DNA from: the human T2T-CHM13v2.0 reference genome, Homo sapiens
Length of the DNA stretch: 64,000 nucleotides
Direction: 5' to 3' (one strand)
Assembly (NCBI RefSeq): GCF_009914755.1
Contig: NC_060928.1
Shown here: piece by piece, positions 47,403 to 64,000 of the stretch
Layout: each line of letters begins with the position of its first letter
Numbering within the stretch: position 1 is the first letter of the stretch
Notes under the pieces: model-generated
What the model saw: only the letters and a program-made list of their open reading frames with translations
What the model was told of the DNA's origin: nothing
Databases searched by the model: none
Translations under genes and position numbers: made by a program

Positions 47403-50336
47403 TTTTTTTTCTTTTCACCAACTTTTAAGTTAAGTGGTACATGTGCAGCATGTGCAGGTTTGTTACATAGGTAAACAAGTGCAATTTTGGTTTGCTGAAC
47501 AGATCATCCCATCACCTACGTATTAAGCCCAGTATCCATTAGCTATTCTTCCTGATGCTCTCCCTCCCCCAACGTCTTGCCTCCAACAAGGCCCCAGTGT
47601 GTGTTGTTCTCCACCATGTGTCCACGTGTTCTCATCGTTCAGCTCCCACTTACAAGTGAGAACATGCGATATTTAGTTTTCTGTTCTAGGGGTAGATTGC
47701 TGAATATAATGGCTTCCAACTCTATTCATGTCCCTGCAAAGGACATAATCTTATTCCTTTTTATGGCTGCATTGTACTCCATGGTGTATATGTACCACAT
47801 TTTCTTTATCTAGTCTATCATTGAGGGGCATTTGGGCTGATTCCACGTCTTTGCTATTGTAAATAATGCTGCAACAAATATACGCATGAATGTATTTCCC
47901 TGCTTAATAACAGAATGATTTATATTCATTTAGGTATATTCCCAGTAATGAGATTGCTGAGTCAAATGGTATTTCTGCCTCTCAGTCTTTGAAGAATCGC
48001 CGCAGTCTTCCACAATAGTTGAACTAATTTATACTGCCCCCAACAGACATTATCTCATTGTGGTTTTGATTTCCACTTCTCTAATGATCAGTGAGGTTCA
48101 GCTTTTTTTCTTGTGTTTGTCTTCTGCATTTATGTCTTATTTTGAGAAGTGTCTGTTCATGTCCTTCGCCTACTTTTTAATAAGGTTGTTTTTTTTTCTT
48201 GTAAATTTAAGTTCCTGTAGACTCTGGATATTAGTCCTTTGTCAGATGGATAGATTGCAAAAATTTTCTCCCATTCTGTAGGTTGCCTGTTCACTCTGAC
48301 GAAAGTTTCTTCTGCTGTGCAGAAGCTCTTTAGTTCAATTCGATCTCATTTGTCAGTTTTGGCTTTTGTTGAAATTGCTTTCAGTGTTTTTATCATGAAA
48401 TCTTTGTCCATGCCTGTGTCCTAAATGGTATTGCCTAAATTTTCTTCTAGGGTTTTTATAGTTTTGGGTTTTACATTTAAGTCTTTAATCCATCTTCCAT
48501 TAATTTTTGAATATGATGTAAGAAAAAGGTCCTGTTTCAATTTGCAGCATATGGCTAGCCAGTTCTTTTAGCACCATTTATTAAATAGGAAATCCTTTCT
48601 CCATTGCTTGTTTTTGTCAGGTTTGTCAAATATCAGATGGCTGTAGGTGTGTGGTCTTACTTCTGAGTTCTCTATTCTGTTCTATTCATCTGTGTGTCCA
48701 TTTTTTGTATCAGTACCATGATATTTTGGTTACTGTAGCCCCGGACTATAGTGTGAAGTCAGGTAGCATGATGCCTCCAGCTATGTTCTTTCTGCTTAGG
48801 ATTTTCTTGGCTATTTGACCTCTTTTTTGGTTCCGTATGAATTCTAAAATAGTTTTCTCTAATTCTGCGGAGAATGTCAATGGTGGTTTAATGGAAATAG
48901 CATTGAATCTATAAATTACTTTGGGCAGAATGGCTATTTTCATGATATTGATTCTTATCCATGAGCATAGAATGTTTTTCCATTTGTTTGTGTCCTCTCT
49001 TATTTGAGCAGTGATTTGTACTTCTCCTTAAAAAGATCCTTCACTTCCCATGTTAGCTGTATTCCTAGGTATTTTATTCTCTTTGTAACAATTGTGAATA
49101 GGAGCTTACACATGATTTGGCTCTCAGCTTACCTGTTGTTGGTGTATAGGAATGCTGGCAATTTTTGCACATTGATTTTGTATCCCCAGAGTTTGCTGAA
49201 GTTGTTTATGAGCTTAAGAAGCTTTTGGTCTGAGACAGTGAGATTTTCTAGATATAGGATCATGTCATCTGCAAACATGGTAATTTGACTTCCTCTCTTC
49301 CTATCTGAATATGCTTTATTTCTTTTTCTTGCTTGATTGCCCTGGCCGGAATTTCCAATACCATGTTGAATAGAAGTGGTGAGAGAGGGCATCCTTGTCT
49401 TGATTGGTTTTCAAGAGGAATGCTTCCAGGTTTTGTTCATGCAGTACAATATTGGCTGTGGGTTTGTCATACATGGCTCTCATTATTTTGAAGTATGTTA
49501 TTTCAATACCTAGTTTATGCAGTGTTTTTAACATGAAGAGATGTTGAGTTTTATCAAAGGCCTTTTCTGCATCTATTAAGATAATCATGTGGTTTTTGTC
49601 TTTATTCTCTTTATGTGATGAATCACATTTATTGATTTGTGTATGTTGAACAAATCCTGCATCCCAGAAATGAAGCCAACTTGATAGTGGTGGATGAGAT
49701 TTTGATGTGCTGCTGGATCCAGTTTGCCAGTATTTTATTAAGGATTTTTGTTATCGATGTTCACCAAAGATACTGACTTGAAGTTTTCTTTTTCTCTTGT
49801 ATCTCTGCTATGTTTTGATATCAGGATGGTTCTGGCCTCAAAGAATGAGTTAGACAGGAGTCTCTTCTTTTCAACTTTTTGTAATGGTTTCCATAGAAAT
49901 GTTACCAGCTCTTCTTTGTAGCTCTGGAAGAATTCAGCTGTGAATCCATCTGGTGTTGGGCTTTTTTTTGGTTGGTAGGCTATTTATCACTGCCTCAATT
50001 TCAGAACTCACTATTGGTCTATTCAGGGATTCCATTTCTTCCTGTTTCAGTCTTGGGAGGGTGTATGTTTCCAGGAATCTAATTATTTCTTCTAGAATTT
50101 CTAGTTTATGGTCATAAAGGTGTTTATAGTATTCTCTAATGATTGTTTATATTTTGTGGGGTCAGTGGTGATATCCCCTTATTTCCGATTGTGTGTATTT
50201 GATTCTTCTCTATTTTCTTCTTTATTAGTCTAACTAGCAGTCTATTTTATTAATTTTTTCAAAACAATGTCTCCTGGATTCATTCATTTTTTTCAAGAGT
50301 TATTCATGTCTCTATCTCCTTCAATTATGCTCTGAT
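47403..50336 (-). mobile_element. 5'-truncated older L1PA (PA13-15-like), ORF2 3' part
   Basis: 3'UTR tattaagcccagtatccattagctattcttcctgatgc; minus-strand RT fragments (49129-49588); small internal deletion near 48045. Confidence 0.9.
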
Positions 50337-51065
50337 AAAAGAAAATCACCAAATAAACAAAACAAGGCACAAGAGACCAATCCCGGAAAAACAGAGATAT
50401 ATGACCTTTCAGACAGAAAATTCAAAATAGCTGAGTTGAGGAAACTCAAAGAAATTCAAGAGAACACAGGAAAGGAAATCAGAATTCTATCAGATAAATT
50501 TAACAAAGAGATTATAATAATTTAAAAAATCAAGTAGACTTTCTAGAGTTGAAACATGCAATTGAAATGCTGAGGATTGCATCACACTTTCCTAATATCA
50601 GAATTGATCAAGCAGAAGGAAAAATTAGTGAGCTTGAAGAAAAGCTACGTGAAAATATGCAGTTGGATGATATAAAAAAATTAATAAAAAACAATAAAGC
50701 GTACCTCCAAGATCTATAAAATAGTCTCAAACGGGCAAATCTAAGAGTTATTGGCCATACAGAGGAGGTAGAGTAAGAGATAAGGGTAGACAGTTTAATA
50801 AAAGTGATAATGTCAGAGAACTTTCCAAATCTAGAGGAGATAACAACATTCAATTACAAGAAGGATACAGAAATCCAAGCAGATTTACTACAAACAAGAC
50901 TACCTCAAGTCATTTAATAATCAAATTCCCAAATGTCAAGGATCAAGAAAGAACCCTAAAAGCAGCAAGAGAAAAAAAACAAATAACATAGAATGGAGCT
51001 CAAGTATGTCTGACAGCAGAATTTTCAGTGCAAACCTTACAGGCCATGAAAGAGTAGCATGACAT

Positions 51066-53564
<2,499 letters not shown>

Positions 53565-54300
53565 TCCTTGGGGAAACTCTCCAGGATATTGGAATGGGCA
53601 GAGATTTCTTGAGTAATACCCTACAAGCACAGACAACTAAAGGAAAAATAGACAAATAGGATCACATCAAGTTAAAAAGCTTCTCCACAGCAAAGGATAC
53701 AATCAACAAAGTGAAGAGACAACCCTCAGAATGGCAGAAAATATTTACAAACTATCCATCTGTTAGGGGATTAATAACCAGATACAGGACCTCAAACAAC
53801 TCTATAGGAAAAATACAATAATCTGATTTAAAAATGGGCAAAAATTTGAATAGGACATTTCTCAGAAGAAGACAAACAAATGACAAATAGACATATGAAA
53901 AAATGCTCAATATCACTGATCATCAAAGAAATGAAAATAAAAAACTATAATGAGATATCATCTCAACCCAATTAAAATGGCTTTTATCCTAAAGATAGCC
54001 AATAACGAATGCTGGCAATGATGCAGAGAAAAGGGAGCCTTTGGCCACTGTTGGTGGGAATGTAAATTAGTACAACCACTTTGGAGAACAGCTTGGAGGT
54101 TCCTAAAAAGTACTAAAAATAGAGCTACCACATGATCCAGCAATCCCACTGCTAGGTGTATACCCATGTAACCAAAAGAAAAGAAATCAGTATATCAAAG
54201 AGATATCTGCACTCCTATGTTTATGGCAGCACTAGTCACAATGGCCAAAATCTGGAAGCAACTTACGCGTCCATCAGGAGACAAATGGATAAAGAAAATG

Positions 54301-58537
<4,237 letters not shown>

Positions 58538-59304
58538 AAAGAAAATGTGGTACATATATAGAATGGAATACTAGGTAGCCATAAAAAAGTGTGATTCTGT
58601 CATTTGAAACAACATGGATGGAACTGGAGGTCATTGTTAAATGATAGAAGCCAGGCACAGAAAGACAAATATTGCATGTTCTCCCTTATTTGTGGGAGCT
58701 AAAAATTAAAACAGTTGAACTCATGGAGATTTCAAGTAAAACAATGGTTACCAGAGGCCAAGAAGGGTAGTTCTGAGTGGAGGGAAGGGGGAATGGTTAG
58801 TGGTAAAAATATGGTTAGATAGAATGAATAAGATCTATAATAGTATTTGATAGTACAACAGGGTAACTACAGTCAACAATAACGTATTGTACATTTTAAT
58901 ATAACTAAAAGAGTATAATTGAATTGTCCATAACAAAAAAGGATAAATGCTTGATGTGATAAATACCTCACTTACTAGGATTTGATTATTATGCACTGTA
59001 TGCCTGTATCAAAGTATCTCATATACCCCATAAATACACACACATACTACGTACCCACAAAAACTAAAAAATGTTTTAAAAGAAAATCATTTATCCTTAC
59101 ATATTTCTCTTCCTCTCTAGGTTTGATATCCTTCTTAATGAAGTATATTATTTAGTAGTTCTTTCAGAAAGGGTCTATTAGGGTAAATTCTTTTTGAAAA
59201 AAAATCTGTTTTCTTGGCACTCTGAGGGTATTATCTCATTGTCTTCTGGCTTGTTTTTGGTACTGCAAATTGTGATGTTGAGCTAATTATCCCTTTTTGG
59301 TATG

Positions 59305-59855
59305 TGTGATACAGAATATAGATGGGATCATAAACTTTTTTTTCAACTTTCTTCTGCTCTGTCCTGCTGTATTTTGGAGACTATAAAGCTGAAAACTGTA
59401 TTTCCTGGAAACTTTCACAGCTAGTGATCTCAATAAGATTTTTTGGTATTCAAATGCATTTGTGTAAGCTTGAATTTGGAACTGAGTTATGTGAAAGAGG
59501 AGGCAGGGTATCAGAATTTCTTTGCTGGGGAGAATAGATTAAAGGCAGTGTGGCCCAAACTGACAGTTGCAGCAAGGTAAAAAAAACTTGGGCATTTGGC
59601 TTCCTGATCAAGCAGCAGTAGCTAGGTCTGGGGGCCAGCAGCTATACTGGCAACCTCTCAGTTAAACAAGTAAATAATTAATTGTGCAGGAGCAGCAAGC
59701 AGTTCCCATGCTAGCCCAGATCTGAGGAGTAGCTTTGGGTGCATTCCTGAAAGTGCAGCCTAGAATCTGTTTATTGATCCATTTAGTACTGACACAAGCC
59801 TGTAATATGCTGTAATAAACTTTCTGTTTAAGCCTTTTAGATTATATTATTTTCT
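59305..59855 (+). mobile_element. Old ERVL-class LTR (LTR33-like)
   Basis: gctgaaaactgtatttcctggaaac... and ctgtaataaactttctgtttaagc poly(A) region. Confidence 0.45.
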
Positions 59856-60254
59856 CCTCAACTGTTGATAATCTTTTATCTTTGGCTGCTTTTTTATAGA
59901 TAATCTCCTTTTCCTTTGGTATTTTGCTGTCTCATTATGCTGCATCTAGATGTGTATTTTTTACTTATCTTTGTTGGAACTAGATTCAGCACCACTGAAT
60001 CTGAGAAGTCACATTTTCATTTATATTGGAAAAATGTCAGCCATGACCTCTTCAGATATAATCTCTGCCAAATTTTCAATTAACTCCTTGTGAGATTCTT
60101 ATCAGATGCATTCTGTAAATTCTCATTTTTTTCTCCTAATGTCTCCATTACATTTTCCAACTGATTATCTCTAGTATATTTTAGGAACTTACTTCAAATC
60201 TATCTTCCAGTATATTAACTTTCTCCTTGCCTTTTTGTTTTACCCATTTTAGAT

Positions 60255-60706
60255 GTTATAAAGCTACACATAACAGAAGCCTTATTACAGTATTGACCAA
60301 ACAGGAATTTATTTTTATCACACAACATGACAACGGAAAGTTGGCAGTCCAGGACTGATGCAGCAGTCCCATAGTAATATCAGTTCCCAAGCTCTTCTGT
60401 TTTCTACTCTGCCAACCTTAACATGTGGTTGATTCTCATGATTGCCTTATGATAGCAAAATGGATACTTCATTTTATTCCTTCTGTTGCCTTTCAGGAAA
60501 TAAGAATAAAGTAACAAAGAGGAAGGAATCATGGATAGCAATTTGACCAAAACATTATCACATGGATACACTGCTGGAAGGATGCCAAGCAATGCAGTGT
60601 CTGTTTGTTTAATAATTATATTGCCAACCCAAACAAAATTAGGGGTTTTATTTTTTAAAAGAAAGAGAAAATGGGTATTGTAAAAGCAACTTGAAGTATC
60701 TGCCAC
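60255..60706 (-). mobile_element. MLT1J/K-like LTR
   Basis: ggcagtccaggactg...ctctgccaacctt...aacaaaattaggggttt...gtatctgccaca. Confidence 0.6.
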
Positions 60707-62929
60707 ACATATTCATTGAACTTTTTTAAAAACATTATTACTATAACTTCCATATATTTTAATTCTTAAGGTCTACTTGATTTGTCTTCAATTTCCCTGT
60801 TCGTTTTTCATAGTGTCTTGCTTGCCTCATATTTCAGTTCTTTTATTTATGCCTTTAGCCATTTAAAAATATTTGCATAGTTTTTATCTGATTCTTCTAT
60901 CTATCTCTGCTATTTACTGTACCATCTGAATCAAATTCATGGTGGATTATTTCCTCATTGATATTATAATTTTGATGGTGAGTTCATCTTTGGCGGAGGT
61001 TCATCTGTGGAAATCTTAGGCATCCAGGCCTGAGATCATGTCTTTTCAGGAGACTTGCATATTTTTATCACAGGAACTTCCTTTCAGGGACAATTTTTAT
61101 ATTAATTTCTTAGCATACGGATTCCCAGACATTAGAGGTAGCATAAGTTAAGATCATAAGCCTGTGTGAGGCATAGGCCCACGGTTATAATTCTCAGGGA
61201 AGTTATTTTTTAATTCTTGGAGCTCAGATTCCAACCAAAGGCTCTCCTGTCAAATTTCTGTTTTGGCTAGTAAATTTTGCCGGTCTGCTTTCTCACATAG
61301 AGTGTACTCCTTTACATTTTCTGGGTTTGTCCCGTCTCATTTACAACTCCCCATCTCAGACAGCTCCAAGTCTACATCTTTTTTTCCTGCACAGCTGTTA
61401 GAATGTATATCTGAGATCTGTAAATCTCCTACTCCCTCCAAACACAAAGATAAACACAGTGTCAAACCATGTGTTTACCAAACCAATTTTTAATTGCCTT
61501 TTTTGTTGCCTGATAAATATTCTCAATTTCTTTTAAAAGGTCATCCTTACATTTTTTGTTATAATTTATCAAGCATTTCAAAGCTTTTGCAGTAAGAGAA
61601 ATTTCGAGTTATCTTATCTCACATTATGCCAGAACCAGAAGTCTTTTGATATAGTTTTCAATGTTAATTAGTTTTGTATCTTGAGCATGTGACTTTTCTG
61701 AAAAATATGGCTATGGTCAACAGATGTTAGGACCAGAAACAAAGAAAGTTTGAAGAGCTCATAAGTTATTTTGCTAAATTGTTTGTTGATGAGTTTAACG
61801 TCAAAAGTGTTACTAAGTCCTCAATACTCTCAGTTGATACACAAAACACCTTAATATTATTTTCAAGAATTTAATAAGTAGTAAATTAGAATAGAATAAT
61901 CTATATTCAATTAGTTTATAATTTTAAAACTAAAATTAGCTCTAAAATGCCCTCTAAAATGTCATCTTTATTTATTAATGAAAAAACTAAAAGTTAAAGG
62001 CTCTGTTAACTTACCTAGGTCAGAGCCTAGGTAAGTTACAGAGTTCTACAGAGCCCAGGTAGACTAACTATTTAGCAATACAAGAAGGTAAATATTTTGG
62101 TGCATTTTTAAACAGATAAGCTTTTGACATTTTCAGCATTTAGGTATTTTGATACATTTAGATTTTTAAAAAATATTTATTTAGATTAGGAGTTGAATGC
62201 AGTTATAGGAGATAAATGGAAAAGACAACCCTTGATTAGCAGGGTTCAGCCTTTGTTTTTCATCTAGAATGATGCATCTGTAACCTTAAACTTATATAAG
62301 TCTACTCAGCAGCCAAGCTACTATAGTCAACCAGACCCTGCCACTTTAGAAAGCAGTTCTGTCATTATCTACTACTAGTCAAACATAACCTTTAGAAGTA
62401 TTGCCCTGCCCTCCAAAAAGAAGCTAATGAAGTAGTATTCAGTAATTTCCTGAGAGTATTTCAGATAATATAATTTTTAATTTCTTTTCATATCTAGTCA
62501 TGGTTTGAGCCTCAAATATTTGTCTACAAGTTGTAGGTCATCTTCTCACCAATAATATGACTTGCTTACATCACTGTTTGGCAGAGTCAGGACAAGAACC
62601 CGGGTCTTCCACTTGCAATTCAGTGCTCTGTAAATTACATCTTCCTTCATTTAAAATTCTGCTCAGGTATTTCTTTCAACCAGCACACAATTATTTCTCC
62701 TTATGTGCTAATTTATATTTAACATCATCAAAATAATCTGATGTGTCCTATTCAAATATGATAACTTCTGCCCTGTCCTCTCTTAAAATCATGTCATATC
62801 CTAAGGGATTAAAATTATTTCTCCCAGAAAACACAATATGTATGTTCTTGATAATACATTCATAGCTAAAGGAATATCTAAGCCAAAAGGTATGGACAGG
62901 AAAAAGAAAGCTCCTGCCTACACATTTTC

Positions 62930-64000
62930 ATGAAAATGTGATATAACAAAATATTATGACAGAATAGAAACTACATATATTACTCACAGAAATAAATGTG
63001 AATAAACTTAACTCACTTGTTAAAATAAAATAATTTTCATATAGGTAACAAAATAATAAAATACATACAATTATATGAACAAAACTACATATATGAAACA
63101 AAGGGATTTCAAAAGTCTGGGAAAAATAAAAGGGTAAGCAAAGATGAAGCATGTATACCAGGCAAATGTAATCAACATTATAATAAAAAGTCTGTGATCA
63201 TAATATTATAAAAATTACAATTCAATCCAAAAAGTATTAATTGTAATGAAGAACATTTTCTGGGCTAAAAGGCAATCTACTATGAAGATATAAAACTATG
63301 ACTTCATGTATTAAATAATGTATCATTGACAATTATAAAACAAAAATTGCAGGAGACTTGAGAATAATAGGTAGAAGCATACTAGTAGGAGTCATTAAAC
63401 TCAAATATTCAGTTCAAGACAGTTCCAATGGTCCCAAAATAAACAGAGATGTAGAAATAAACAATACACCAATAACGTAAATCTTAAGGATATATGTTGA
63501 ACTTTACAGCCTGATACTCTAAAATACAACTTCTCAAACACATATAAAAAATTCACCCCCAAAAAATCATACATTTTATGTCACAAAGAATGTGCCTACA
63601 GTAAGGTACATAAAATAGAAATATTAATGACACTTCCTGATCATAATGAAATAAAACAAGAAATTTTAAAATAGAAAAAAATAGCCATAAAGACCTTTCC
63701 ATCCAAAATTTAAAGAACGTAATACTAAATAGCTCGAGTGAAAATGAAAATACAAATTCAAATTATAGAATTTCTGAAAACAATAATGATAATGAAAACA
63801 CTACCTTATAATGTATGGAATATAAAAAGTGGTGATTAAAGTCTTAAAAACTCAATTAAAGGAAATAATAAAAATAAATTAAATTCTCATATAAAAGATG
63901 TAGGAAAATAACAATCACATAAAGCAAAAGAAAGCAAAGAAAGGAAATAAAGAAAAAGGTCAGGAATTTTGAAGGTAGAGAATTTTTTAAATAATAAATC
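62930..64000 (+). mobile_element. Ancient L1M ORF2 endonuclease-region fragment, running off the window
   Basis: gtataccaggcaaat, ctatgaagatataaaa, cctgatcataatgaaataaaacaagaaat, aatgaaaacactacctt. Confidence 0.7.

Larger units (their letters stand above)
59090..61640 (-). mobile_element. Ancient L1M ORF1-region fragments interrupted by two old LTRs
   Basis: tctcattgtcttctggctt, ttggaaaaatgtcagccatgacctcttcagatat, tatgccagaaccagaagtc. Confidence 0.55.

Overview
Primate (catarrhine, probably hominoid) genomic DNA, AT-rich and mostly interspersed repeats. It lies within a large minus-strand gene: one 160-bp coding exon (33435-33594, missed by the ORF track) encodes PAPGSY/DGPG SHIPPO-type repeats and is recognised as STPG2. 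Every long ORF in the track is an L1, Alu or LTR remnant. The most notable structure is a MER41 (ERV1) element nested in a full-length Tigger1. It has the form R-U5-internal-U3-R-poly(A) with a 22-bp TSD, so it looks like an ERV RNA retrotransposed by L1 rather than a provirus, and its ends mark the LTR start and poly(A) sites. Also present: a ~1-kb TSD-flanked 3'UTR-only retrocopy, a young twin-primed L1 with a short 3' end, a four-element L1 pile with large deletions, and several fold-back or locally templated insertion scars. Repeat subfamily names come from recalled consensus sequences, not from a database search.
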